Assembly (NCBI RefSeq): GCF_009914755.1
Contig: NC_060937.1
DNA from: the human T2T-CHM13v2.0 reference genome, Homo sapiens
Strand: one strand, 5' to 3'
Length of the DNA: 64,000 nt
Each line of letters starts with the position of its first letter. Positions within the stretch are counted from its first letter, which is position 1. Made by a program: the position numbers and the translations under genes. Below the pieces are notes generated by a model. That model worked only from the letters and a program-made list of their open reading frames with translations. It ran no database searches and was not told where the DNA came from. Of the stretch, positions 1-15,009 are shown one piece after another.

Positions 1-259
1 AGAGAAGCAAATGCCAAGAGAGTTCATTACCACTAGACCAGTCTTACAAGAGATGCCTAAGGGAGTTCTAAACATGGAAATGAAAGAATGATACCTGCTA
101 TCATAAAAACACACTTAAGTACACAGCTCACAGACCCTATAAAACAACCATACAATAGAAAGTACAAAAAAACCAGCTAACAATTTCATGATAGGGTGAA
201 AAGCTCACATGTCAATAGTAACCTTGAATGTAAACACACCACTTAAAAGTCACAGAGTG

Positions 260-564
260 GGCTGGGTGCGGTGGCTATTCCTGTAATCCCAGCACTTTGG
301 GAGGCCAAAGCAGGCAGATCACAAGGTCAGGAGATCGAGACCATCCTGGCCAATGTGGTGAAACCCTGTCTCTACTAAAAATATAAAAATTAGCCAGGCG
401 TGATGGCACATGCCTATAATCCCAGCTACTCAGGAGGCTGAGGCAGGAGAATCACTTGAACCTGGGAGTCAGAGGTTGCAGTGAGCCAATATCATGCCAC
501 TGCACTCTAGCCTGATGACACAGTGAGATTCTGAAAATAAATAAATAAATAAATAAATAAATAA
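260..564 (+). mobile_element. AluS with (TAAA)n tail
   Basis: Alu dimer; TSD aaaagtcacagagtg at 245-259 and 565-579. Confidence 0.95.
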
Positions 565-1044
565 AAAAGTCACAGAGTGGCAAGTTGGATTAAAAAAACA
601 AAACCCATCTGTCTGCTGTCTTCAAGAGACCCATCTCACATGTAACAACACCAATAGGTTCAAAGTAAAGGGTTGAAGAAAGATCTGTCACACAAACAAA
701 ACACAAAAAAGAGCAGGGGTCACTATTCCTAAAACAGATAAAACAAGCTTTAAACCAACAATAGTAAAAAAGGACAAAGAAGAGCATTACATAATGATAC
801 GGAGTTCAATTCAACAAGAAGCCTTAACTATCCTAAATATATATGCACCCAACATTGGCTCACCCAGGTTAATAAAACAGATACTTCTAGACCTATGAAA
901 AGACTTAGCCACACAACAATAGTCAGGGGACTTCAACACCCCACTGATAACATTACACAGATCATAAAGACGGAAAACTAACAAAGAAATTCTGGACTTA
1001 AATTCAACACTTGATCAATTGGACCTAATAGGAACCTAAAGAAC

Positions 1045-1348
<304 letters not shown>

Positions 1349-1796
1349 TCACAGCTGAATTCTATCAACTATACAAAGAAGAACTGGTACCAGTTCTACT
1401 GAAACTATTCTAAAAAATTGAGGAGGGACTCTTCCCTAATTCATTCCATGAATCCTGCATCACCCTGAAACCAAAACCTGGCAAAGACACAATAAAAAAA
1501 AGAAAACTAAAAGGTAATCTCAATGATGAAGACAGCCACAAAAATCCTTAACAAAATACTGGCGAACCAAATCCAACAGCACATCAAAAAGTTCATGATC
1601 AAGTAAGCTTCATTCCAAGGATACAAGGTTCAGCATATGCAAACCAATAAATGTGATTCACCACACAAACAGAATTAAACAGAAACCACATGATCATCTC
1701 AACAGATGCAGAAAAAAAAGCTTTTGATAAAATCCAACATCTTTCTTGATAAAAAAAAAACACTCAAGAAACGAGGAATCAAAGGAACATACTTCA

Positions 1797-2120
<324 letters not shown>

Positions 2121-2121
2121 A

Positions 2122-2420
<299 letters not shown>

Positions 2421-2423
2421 GAA

Positions 2424-2775
2424 AGAAATCATTTCCTTTGCAGCATCATGGATGCAGCTGGAAGTCATTATCCTGAGCAAATTAATGCAGGAACAAAAAA
2501 CCAAATACCATATGTTCTCACTCATAAGTGAAAGCTAAACAATGGGTGCTCATGGACATCAAGGTGGCAATAATGGACCCTGGGGAGTTCTAGAGGGGGC
2601 ACAGCAGAAAAGGGCACAGGTTGAAAAACTAACTATTGGGTCCTGTGCTCAGTACCTGGGTGATGCGATCACTCACACCCCAAACCTCAGCATCACACAA
2701 TATTACCAATAAACCTGCATATGTACTTCCAAATCTAAAAGTTAAATTATACCAAAAATCTAAGCTCAAAAAGAA
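2424..2775 (+). mobile_element. L1PB-type 3' end
   Basis: 'atggatgcagctggaagtcattatcctgagc...ggttgaaaaactaactattggg...ccaaacctcagcatcacacaata'. Confidence 0.8.
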
Positions 2776-4699
2776 AAAAAGTCTTTTGCCCATTAAAAAA
2801 CAAATAATAGAAAATACAAGAATCATCCTATATCAGAAATCTATGTTAATGCAATTTATCATATTCATTGATTAAAGAAGACATACCTTACAATTATCTC
2901 AATTAATGTAGGAAAAAGCATTCACTAACATTCAGCCTGCACCTGTGACTTTAAAAATTAACAACAACTAGGAAACTTCCTTAACTCAACAAAGAGAATC
3001 TACCAAAATACCTACCAGGAACGTCATATTAATGACATAATATTGACAGCGTTTTCTTTAAAGCCTGGCATTAAACAAAAATGCCCTCTCTTCACTGCTT
3101 CCATTTAACACTATACTGCAGAGCCTAACCAGTGTAGAAAGTCAGTGTAGTAAGTAAATCTATAGAATAACTCCTTAATCTAATGAGAGAGTTTAGGAAG
3201 ATTTCTAGATGCAGGCTCAACATAAACAAAAATTAATAGCTAAATCAAGGATGCAGGTTGAAATCTTTACAGTAATTAATAAAAACATAGAAAAGGAGTA
3301 TATGACTTCCAAGGTAATGACAGATGGTGAGAAGGAAAGAATTATATTATTAAAATTCAATCGAACGAAAACAGAATGTCAGTAGGAAAATAGAAGAGTT
3401 AAATAAAATAGATGTACATAGAACGCTGTTCTCAACAATGCATAATACATGTTCTTTTCAAATGTACACAAAACATTTGACAATATTGACCAAATTCTGG
3501 GCCATAAAGCAAATCTAAACAAATTTCAAAGAACTAAAAAAGAAAAAAATACATAGTATGTTCTGTGTCCACAACACAATATAATCAGAAATAAAAAATT
3601 TAAAGATAAATACAAAATTCTCATATGTTTGGAAATAAGGAAGTATACCTCTACATAACTCATGGGTCAAAAAAAATACAAGCACAAAGTTGGAACATAG
3701 TTTGAACTAAGTAAAATAAAAACACTACAAATAAAAATTTATGGGATGAAGCTAAAGCAATTCTTAGAGGAAAACTTGTAGCCTTAAATGGTAAATAGAA
3801 AAGAGAGTGGTCGACACTCTAAGAATTATCCATGTCAAGAAGTCAGGAAAAGAACAAATTAACCCAAGGAGTACAGAAGAAAATACTAAATATCATAGTA
3901 ATTGATGAAATAAAAAATAGAGACCACCAATAAGGCCAAAAATTTGGTACTTTTAAAGGACTAGTAAAACTGATAAATCCCTGGTGAGACTAATGAAAAG
4001 AAAAAAAGGGGAGAAGGCACCAAGAAAGCAATGTCAGGAATAAAAAAGGGAACACCTCTGTAGACATTAAAATGGTAAAATGATATTGTGAACAATATGA
4101 TGTCAAGACATTTGCAAAGTCAGATTAAATGGACAAATACTGGGAAAACTATAATCTACCAAAATGGGCAAAAGAAATAAAATTATAAAAACATTCTATA
4201 TATAGAATTGAGTCATAATTTAAAGACTTCTCTCCAGAGAAAGCTCTAGGCCAATGTGCCTTCACTGGTGAATTTCACTTTACACTTAAGAAGGAAAAAA
4301 ATCAGCATGCATAAATTTACCCAGAGAAGAAAAACAGAGAAAATGAAATCTAACTCATTTTACGAAGCCAAGATTTGAAAAAACTATCAGAAAGGAAAAT
4401 TATAACCAATCGCCCAGATGACATGAATTTGAAAATCCTAAACAAAATATTAACAAACAGAATCTGGCAATTTAATAATAAAATAATTTAATAAGTATTT
4501 AACAAAATAATACAGCACAACTAAATTACGTTTATTCCAGAAATATGTTGGTTTACCACTTACTCAATGTAATTAACCACATTTATGTATAGGATAAAGT
4601 AGAAAAATTATCATTTCAAAATTCAGAAAAATCTTTAAGAATTCAACATCCATTCATGATTTAAAAAAAAAAAAACTCTTAGCAAGCTAAAGAATTTCT

Positions 4700-5016
4700 T
4701 TTTTCTTTCTTTTTTTTTTTTTTGTTTTGTTTTTTGAGACAGAGTCTCACTCTGTCATCCAGGCTGGAGAGCAGTGGTGTGATCTTGGCTCACTGCAACC
4801 TCTGCCTCCTGGGTTCAAGTGATTCTCGTGCCTCAGCCAGAGTAGCTGGCATTACAGGCATGTGCCACCACACCTGGCAAATTTTTGTATTTTTTAGTAG
4901 AGACAGGGTTTCACTATGTTGCCTAGGCTGGTCTTAAACTCCTGGCCTCAAGTGATATGCCCCCACTGGGCCTCCCAAAGTGCTGGGATTACAGGTGTAA
5001 GCCATGGCACCCAGCC
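4700..5016 (-). mobile_element. AluS
   Basis: Reverse-complement Alu; flanking aagaatttctt/aggaatttctt TSD-like repeat. Confidence 0.9.
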
Positions 5017-5047
5017 AAGGAATTTCTTAATCAATAAATGGTAGCTA

Positions 5048-5049
<2 letters not shown>

Positions 5050-5088
<39 letters not shown>
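5050..5088. repeat. (CA)n microsatellite
   Basis: About 19 CA units. Confidence 0.95.
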
Positions 5089-5091
<3 letters not shown>

Positions 5092-5328
5092 AATCGTAAA
5101 GCAATTGGAGAGATGTTGAATGCTTTTCCTTTGAGAATGGAACTGTATGTTGATGGCTGCTATTGCCATTTCTAATTCTACACTGTACTGAAGGTTCTAG
5201 CCAGTGCTAGGGGAGAGAAATGACTGAAATGGAAAAAATACAATTTATTATTTTCATATGATGTAATCATGTACCATAAAATCCAAAAGAATCTATAGAT
5301 AAATTAGTAGAACTAATAAGTGAGTTTA

Positions 5329-5630
5329 GGCTGGGCACGGTGGCTCAGGCCTGCAGTCCTAGCACTTTGGGAGGCGGAGGCTGAGGCTGGCAGATCACTT
5401 GAGGCAGGAGTTTGAGAGCAACCTGGGCAACATAGCAAAACCCCATCTCTACAAAAAAATCAAAAAATTAGCTGGGCATGGTAGCATCTGCCTGCAGTGC
5501 TAGCTACTCAAGAGGCTGATATAGGTGGATCACCTGAGCTCAGGGAGGTTGAGGCTGTACTGAGCCGTGATCATGCCACTGCACTCCAGCCTGGGTGACA
5601 GAATGAGACCCTACCTCAAAAAAAAAAAAA
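5329..5630 (+). mobile_element. AluJ
   Basis: Diverged Alu; TSD aagtgagttta. Confidence 0.9.
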
Positions 5631-6934
5631 AGTGAGTTTATGAAAGTTGCTAATTGCAAGATTAATGAATAAAATGAACTGCATTTAAAACAATAAAAAA
5701 CATTTAGAAAATAAACATTTTTAAAGGGATATCATTTAAATAACCACAAAAACATCTAAGAATGAATCTCACCAAAAATATGCAAGCTTTCTATACAGAA
5801 AATGAGAAAGCATTGTAAAGAGAAATTGAAGAGGACCTAACTAAATGAGAGAATGCCTCTCTTCATGGGTTGGATGCGTCAATATTGTAAAGATTCAATT
5901 CTCCCCAGTCTATAAATTCAATGCAATTCCAAACAAATTTCTATCCAGTGTGTGTAATTTGACTAGTTGATTCCCAAATTTATATGGAAATATAGATGAC
6001 CTAAAATACCCAAACAATTGTGAAGAAAAAGAAAAAGATGATGAGGACGTATTAGAAAGCTATAGTAAGATAGTTGTGCTATTGGCACACAGATGAAAAA
6101 TCAATGAACAGAATAGAAAGGTCAGAAACAGATTCATGTTCTTCAGGGTAGTAAAAAAATGAAAATCTTCTGAACCAGTGTGCTGGAATAACTGGATACC
6201 CATACATGGAAAAAGATGAAACCTGATGCCTTCCTTACACCACACACATAAATCAATTTTAAAAGGAATGGACCTTCTAGAAGAAAATACAGTAGTAAAG
6301 TGTCCTTTAAACTCAAGGAAAATTGTCTTAATCGGGACACAAAAACACAAACTTTATAAAGGGAAAGCATGATACCTATGATGGTAAGACAACTAAGAAC
6401 TTCTGTTAACCAAAAGATACTCCTGAGAGAGAGAAACAGCAAATCACAGAGCAGAAAAGCTTTCTTGAATACATTTATGACCAATAACAGAATTGAAATC
6501 AGAATACATAAAGAACTCCTACAATCAGGAGAAAAAAGATGAATAATCCAGGAGAAAAATGGTTAAGAAAATTAAAAAGTTACTTTACAAAAAAGGATAT
6601 CCAAATACTTAATAATCTTAAGAAAACTTCCTCAATCTTATTCGTAATTATGGAAATGCAAATGATCACCACCATAAGATGCCATCACACAAACACCCAA
6701 AGGCTAAAAATAAAAATACCCAGAATTGCAAGTATTGGGGAAGATATGGAATGCTTGAAGTGTACAATACCAGTGGAGTAAAAATTGGTACAACTGTTTT
6801 AGAAAACAGGTGACATTATCAAGTAAAGTTCAAGATTCATTACCCTAAGAACAATTTTAGTCTGAGGTATTAACTCAACAAAAATGTGGCCATATATGCA
6901 TCAAGAAACGTGTATTTTTAAAAGCAGTATTATT

Positions 6935-7235
6935 GGGCTAGTTGCGGTGGCTCATGACTGTAATCCCAGCACTTTGGGAGGCAGAGGCAGGCACATCACT
7001 TGAGGTCAGGAGTTTGAGACCAGCATGGACAACATGGCAAAATCCCATCGCTATTAAAAATACAAAATTAGCTGGGTGTGGTGGTGGACGCCTGTAATCC
7101 CAGCTACTCTGGAGGCTCAGGCATGAGAATTGCTTGAACCCAGGAAGTGGAGGTTGCAATGAACTGAGATCATGCCACTGCACTCCAGCCTGGGTGACAG
7201 AGTGAGACCTTATCTCAAAACAAAAAACAAAAAAC
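6935..7235 (+). mobile_element. AluS
   Basis: Full Alu dimer. Confidence 0.9.
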
Positions 7236-7853
7236 ATAATTTATCACAATAAAAATTGAAAACAACCCAAATGTAATAGAAAAAAAGAGATTCCATTTTC
7301 AGTCACAATTTGTGTAGGAATGAATTTTTGAAAAGATGTGCAAAGACATAATGAAAAAAAGTGTAAAATATTATTAAAGAATGAACAAGATGATTCACAT
7401 GTACAACTCAATATCGCAAAGTTGTCAGTTCTCTCAAGTTAATCTATAAATTCAATGTAGTTCCAATAAAAATCCTAAAAGTGTTTTATTATGGCACTTC
7501 ACAAAATGATTTTAAAATTGAATGTAATAATTAAGTTCCAAGAAGAGCAAGACAATTCTGTCTTTATCAAAGCATATTATAAAGCTACAATAATTACAAA
7601 AGTGTGGTAGAGAGAACTTAGGAACAGTTTTGAATATTTATAGAAACTTGGTATATTACTGAGAGGGATTACAAATTAATGGAGAACAAAATAGCATGCT
7701 TTTGATGGTGTTAAGACAATTGGCTATCTATATGAAAAAAACACTTCCCCAAACTTCCAACTAGATTAAAGACCCAAATATTAAAAATGGAACTTGAATA
7801 TTTTTGAAGAAATGTGGAATATCTTTACTACATCAGTATAGTGGTGAATTTCA

Positions 7854-8231
<378 letters not shown>

Positions 8232-8794
8232 TTTACAAACTTTTGTATAACAAAATAAATCACAATCAAATTTAAAAGGCAACATGTGGGGAGAATATAA
8301 CTGCAATACTAAGAAAAATTGGCATTCAGATTCTTTAAAGAACTCCTGTAAATCAATATAAAACATTTTTACTATCATGATACTACTGGTAACCTGCAGG
8401 CAGCAACCAACCAGAAGAGAGCAAGACTAATATGAATGAACACATAAAAAAAAGGCTTCTTTGGTACATACCAGCTGAATATTGGCCTTCTAAACAACCT
8501 TTAACAAAATCAACAAAATACTATGTGAACACAGAATAATGTAAACCCCCTCTCAGCAAAAAAGAAAAAAGTCAAATTTGAAATGAATGTTTTCCTTCAA
8601 GCAAGGAATTAGCCTTAGTTAATAGAAAACTGATGCTAACTCTTTAATAATAACATTTTAGGTTGGGCAATGTGAAATGGCTGTTTTTAAAGCAAAAGAT
8701 GGTTAAAAGCTGGCAATTTCAAATGATTCAACCTCTATATTCTTAACTATGGTATTGTAAATTGCCAGTTTATACAAAATATTCCAACCTGTAG

Positions 8795-8859
8795 AGCTAA
8801 ACACAGAACCTGTATATTAACTAATATACAGCTAAACACAGAACCTGTATATTAACTAA
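8795..8859. repeat. Local direct repeat, 30 bp x2 (period 35)
   Basis: agctaaacacagaacctgtatattaactaa at 8795-8824 and 8830-8859. Confidence 0.9.
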
Positions 8860-9239
8860 CGGGCTTGAAACTAGTCAATAAGACTAAAACTTGATTTTAC
8901 TGAATTATATAAGTCAGTTTACAGTGTTATGTTTTCCTGGAATTTGATATAAAAATTGATTTAGAGCCCACTAAAAATGTAATTATTTATGTTTGTCAAA
9001 ATTTGTGAAATATGCTAAGATGATTATTTAAAGCCTAAACCTGAATGAGAGAAAACCTAATTGAACTTAAATTGGGCGGATTTACAAATGACTTTTTTTC
9101 CCCATTTTAACCCCACCAATGTCAACTTCTTCGTATCATTACACTACAAAAATTCCAGTATAATTTTTGAAATAGCATCTCTGTTGGCTCCCTTACTCTA
9201 AAAGGTTCTCACAAAGTTTAAGAACAACCTTAAATTTTA

Positions 9240-10432
9240 CCGGAACAAAAACAGACATATAGACCAATGGAACAGAATAGAAAGCCCTGAAAAAATCCAT
9301 GCATTTATACTCAGCTGATGTTCGACAAAGGTGCCAAGAATCCAAGATGGGGAAAGGACAGTCTCTTCAATAAACGATACTGGGGAAACTGAATATCCAC
9401 TTTCAGAAGAATGAAATTGCAACCTATCTCACCCAATATACAAAAATCAACTCAAAGTAAATGCTTAACTGTGAAACCTGAAATTGGAAAACTGCTAGAA
9501 GAAAACACAGGTGAAAATCTTCTTGACATTGGTCTAGGCCAAGATATTTTTGGATATGACTGAAAAGCATAGGCAACAAAAGAAAAAGTAGACAAATGAT
9601 ACTGTATCAAACTAAAATGCTTTTGCACAGCAAAGGAAACATTTATAGAGTAAAGAGACAACCTACAGAATGGGAGAAAATATCTACGAAGCATACATTC
9701 GATAATAGGCTAACAGTTTTTTTTTAAAAAAGGAACCCAGACAACACAATAGCAAGAGAACAAGTTACTTCTCTAGAAAATGGGCAAAGAACCTGAAAAG
9801 ATATTTCCCAACGGAAGACACACAAATGGCCAAGAAGTATATGAGAAAATGCTAAACATCATTAATCATCAGGGAAAAGCAAATAAAAACCACAAAGAGA
9901 TATCCTCACACCTGTTAGGATAGTCATTAACAAAAAGACAAAAGAAGAGTTGGTGAGGATGAAGAGAAAAGGGATCCCCCTTGTACACTGTTGGTGTGAA
10001 TGTAAATTAGTAGTTATTGTGGAAAACAGCACTGAGATTCCTCAAAAAACCAAAAATAGAACTACCATATGATTTGGAGAGTCCACTTCTGGGTATATAT
10101 CCAAAGGAAATGAAATCTGCACTCCCGTGTTCACTGCAGCATTATTCATAATACCCAAGCTATGGAGTCAATCTAAATGTCATCAGTGGATGAATGGATA
10201 AAGAATATGTGCTATCTATAAATAAAGGCATACAATTCAGCCTTAGAGGATATCCTGTCACGTGATAATATGGATGAACCTGGAGAATATTATGCTAAGT
10301 GAAATAAGCCAGGCATAGAAAGACAAATACTGCATGACTCACTTATTTGTGGAATCTAAAAAAGTCAAATTCATAGAAGCAGAGAGTAGAATGGTGGTTA
10401 CCGGGGGCTGGGGGGACTGTGGAGATGTTGGT
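9240..10432 (+). mobile_element. L1MA-type ORF2 3' part and 3' UTR
   Basis: 'aacagacatatagaccaatggaacagaatagaaagccc' through 'gcagagagtagaatggtggttacc'. Confidence 0.85.
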
Positions 10433-12191
10433 TTTTACTTTATTATTATTATTTTTTTAGATTGAGTTTTGTTCTTGTTGCTCAGCTCTAGGAATCTAAT
10501 ACAGTGCCCAAGACAGAGGGACCATGCCCCCCTCCCAGATGACTCCCCCTGTGCCTACCTGTGACAGTGACCATAGCTAGTAAACTGGGGGCTCACGGTG
10601 TGTTTAGGCTGAGGGGGGGCCTTCAAGTTTAGTGTCCCCAGGAGATGCTCAGCCTTCATGTGACCTGGATGCCCCCGAGTGTTTCGGCAACCCCTGGAGA
10701 GGCACACTGTCGGACAGCTGAGCTGAGAGCCTGTGAGCTGTCCCATAATCCATGGCCGAGACTCAGAGGGGTGTCCCAGCCTGCTGCCTCCCAATTCAGG
10801 CTAAGTCAGCTGAGGAGGGCCTGTCCATGTGCAGAGGGTCCAGACCACATGCTCTGCCAGCCCATGACCTCGGCACTGGAGGACAGAAGGGCAGTGACAG
10901 CTGGGACGAGAGGAAGAGCAGATCTCAAATGCTCCCAGGCACTTGGCACTCGCAGGTAAAAATGTCTTCTGGATTCCCCAAGAATTTGCTACTCAGTGGG
11001 GAGGAGGAGGAGCAAGGAAGTGGCCACCGTTGGCTGCCTGTGCCCAGCAGGTCCACATTCCCTGCTCTGATGAGGCAGCTGCATGTGGTTCTGCGAGGGA
11101 TTTCGCGGTTCCCCCTTAGCCAGTCACAGGTCATCGGGACCCAGGCAAAGGAAATCCTGATGGTCCCAAGGGAAGCCTGGATAAGAGTAACATCTTCAAT
11201 GACTTCCTCTCTCATTTCCCCACCCTGCAAAGCACTGGCCTTGGGCAGTGCAAGGGCACTTCCTCTTTGCCTCTTTCCCTTCCTTCCTCTTATCCTTCCT
11301 CTCACTCCTTCCCTCCCCTGCTCCCTCCGCCCATGCACCTGTCTCCTGCCCAGCCCACCTGGAGAAGGCTGCTCTGGGATTAATTCAGACCTAGATGATG
11401 GGAGTGAAGCCGCACCCCTGTCAGAGGGAAGCACTTTGGGCCCAGCCACCTGTTCGCCCCGTTTGATGAAGGAAACAATGCCTGGCAAAGCACCACTCCC
11501 TGGCCAGGGCAGCAGGCCAACCTGCTGTCACTGTGCCTTAATCACCCCCATGCCCAGGCAGCACCGTCTGCAGGATCTTTTAATAGGACACGGACAATGA
11601 GCTCACAGAGCTTCTCTGTCCCCTACAGACAGGCACCACAGAACCTTGGAAGAGAGAAAGTTAAACAAGCCCAGCCTCCCTGCCTCATGCCTTGGGGCTG
11701 ACTGGCTCTAACGTGGTTCGGCTGTGCTGTTCCATCCTGGGACAGAGCACCCCGCTGCCTGGCCTTTTCCATGCCTGCACCCCCAGCAGGCTCTATCTAG
11801 GGTTTGCTGGGGACTCACTCCAGGCCAGGAGAGGGCCTGTGAGCTCTGGCAGTTTGTGCCATGTGTGGGCAACAGACCTGAGAAACGCTGTTTAATAGGG
11901 TTGCCTCAAGCACATTTTCAAGACGAACACAAGAAGACTAGCAAAGTAGTGAAGAGTTTGGACTTTGGAGTCGGGAAGTTCAAGTTCAAATACAGTGTCC
12001 CGAGCACCCGCTAAGCTCCCTGAGCCACACCTGCAGGTTGGGACACTGGGCTGATGTAAGAATTAAATGGCACAGTGTGTGCAAAAACTGGTAGCATCAG
12101 GCCCAAGAAGTCAACAATGAAAGGAAGACGGAAGGGATTGTGAGGTCTGGGAAGTGTCTGGAAAAATGTCGCATTGCAGAAGGCCTGTGGT

Positions 12192-12897
12192 GTTAGGATA
12201 TGCGTATTGGATTTTGTCCAGGCTCCTGGCTCCCAATGCCTACATTGCTTGTTAGAATGCTGGGGTGCTTTAGGACTCAGGAAACAGAATCTCTCTCTCT
12301 GAACTTCTGTTTTTCTTTCACCTGCCCACAGTGGGATGCTAATCTATTTGTGGATCAAAAAACCCTCATTCCACAGAAGGTCCCCATACCCTAGGAGAAG
12401 GAATGCTGCTTAGAGAGGCCAAGAAAAGTCTGAGCAGGCCGGCCTTGCTGGGTTTAGGTCATCCGCTTTCTGTCCAGTCACATTTCCGCATGGTTGTCAA
12501 GCATGCCCTTGCATTGGAGCCTCCATAAAAACCCACGAGGACAGGCTCTGGGAGCTTCCAGATACCTGAACCCATGGAGGTTCCTGGAGGGTGGCGCACC
12601 CAGGGAGGGCACTGAAGCTCCCGGCACCTTCCCCCATACCTCGTCCTGTGCATCTCTTTATCTGCATCCTTTGCGACATTCTTTAAAATAAACTGGTAAA
12701 CATGTTTCCCTGAGTTCTGTGAGTCGCTCCAGCAAATTAATCAAACACAAAGTGGGAGTTGTAGGAACCCCAACTTGAAGCCAATGGGTCAGAAGCTCTG
12801 GAGGCCTGGCCCTGTGACTGGTGTCTGAGGGCTGAGGGGCACCCTTGGAGACTGAGCCCTCCCCCTGTGGGATCTGACGCTATCTCTGGATAGATAT
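12192..12897 (+). mobile_element. MER21-type LTR
   Basis: 'gggagcttccagatacctgaacccatggaggttcctggagggtgg...cagggagggca' and 'tttccctgagttctgtgagtcgctccagcaaattaatc' match the recalled MER21 consensus. Confidence 0.75.
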
Positions 12898-14213
12898 TAA
12901 ATAGACCCATTAAACAGTAAATCTCAGGTCTGATGCCCACACAAGGCATGAACTGCAAGAGTTCACAGACCATTGTCTTTGACTGATGAATGCCTGTTTG
13001 TGGGTTCATCAGTCAAAGACATTGGTATTCATGACATGCAAGACTGCCCTCCAGAGCTGGCACTTCATGGAGCTGTTTACTCACTGCTGGGCACCATTCC
13101 TTTGAACGTTATTAGGCTCTTTACAAACGTTAATTATGTCCATAGCTCATGGTTAAGTAGACGGTAAATGTTCTTTTAGGTGATGAGCGTATTCAGCACC
13201 CAGAGAGGTGGAGGGGTGGGTTCAAAATCACACAGAAGCCCACTGGGGCTGACTGTATTTGTCGTCAGGACCAATATGTATCACCAGGAGTTAAAATGTC
13301 ACTTTGTCACTCTTTCAAGCTAAATGTCAAGAAAGCAATTAGGGATGACCCAAAGGCTTGGAGGTCGGGAACAGCCTAGCCATCTGGGAGGCCGTATGTG
13401 GCTCCCTGCTGCTGGTACAGGCTTTAGGAAGGATGGTGAGAGGTGTGCTGGGAGGGCAGGTGTCACAGCTGCTTCATGACACCTTACCTTACTAGCTTAC
13501 CTTGCACCAAGTAAGGTGTGATGTGACCACACCACTGTTAGCAAAGACAAAACAAAGATATCGGGGTTCTGTGATGCCGGCCAGGGAAGCATATGGTGAA
13601 TGCTCAGGAGCCCAGCCTGAGGCTCAGAGGCCGGCTGGGGACCTTGTGGGAGACAGCCTGGGGACAGAGAGATGTTGATCCAGAGGACAGAACTCCAGAG
13701 ACAGAAAGGGCCTGGCAATGGCCTGGTGGGACATGGGTGAGGGCAGAGGTCAGGGGTGAAGGAAAGTGGCCGTCTGCAAGCCAGAAGATACAGCAGGAGA
13801 AGGGATCTGGAGAGAGAGTCTGGGGTGTGTGCAGGACCTCCCATCTCTGGTCACTGCTGTGTCCTGCGGGCAGCTCAGCTTCTGGCTTCCCTGGGAAACC
13901 GCCCCACAGCCATCTAGAAAAAATGAATTATCTCCCCTCTTCATCGCTGCCTCCCTTCATAGGTGGGTTAGAATTACAAGACACCACAGCCGCAAGGAAG
14001 CTTAGCAATGGTAAGTCTGCCCCTCTGTGGCAGAGAAGGGGACACCCATGGTCACTTGCACAAGATTTGAGCTGTCAGCGGCAGAATCAAGACTCTCAGA
14101 CCCAGAGCCCCAGGAGACAGCCAAGGACATGTTCTCAAGGCTTTGATGACTTTCTTATCACCAAGATACTCATGTCTGATTTATCTCCCTGTGGACCCCA
14201 TGTTTTAAAAGAT

Positions 14214-14530
<317 letters not shown>

Positions 14531-15009
14531 TCATTCACCAAACACTGCATTTATCAAGTAATAACATATTCATTTTCCCGTTTTTAAAATTAATCAAAGA
14601 TATACATAACTGCCAGCCAGAGTCTCTGATCAGCAGGCAATAACCCTTATTATCACCATGAGTTGATTTAATTTCTGCCAAAAGCAAAGAAACTTGGCAT
14701 TTTAGATAGCCTGAACAGCTTCATTGTGTGAAAGTGGAGGTTTTCCATTACACTTAGTGAAATATTCAAAATAGCTCCCAGACCCTGGTCAATAATTCAT
14801 GGCGCCCTTGGCCTCCAGGGACCCCTGTTGGGAACCACCACACCGTATTATTTATGCAGGAGTTAAGATGCAAAGGGAATCTCACTGTCCTAGAGTCTCA
14901 GCAGCAAACTGGTAAGGGATTTGTAGCCTGGATCCAGCCAGGAGCTTTGGACAAACCACTCAGTCATCCTGAGCCTCAGGTTTCCCATCAGTAAGGTGAG
15001 AATAAGATA

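Noticed and set aside
10752-11600. 282-aa ORF and the overlapping 187-aa antisense ORF
   Set aside because: No recognisable domain; GC-rich low-complexity composition with both strands open
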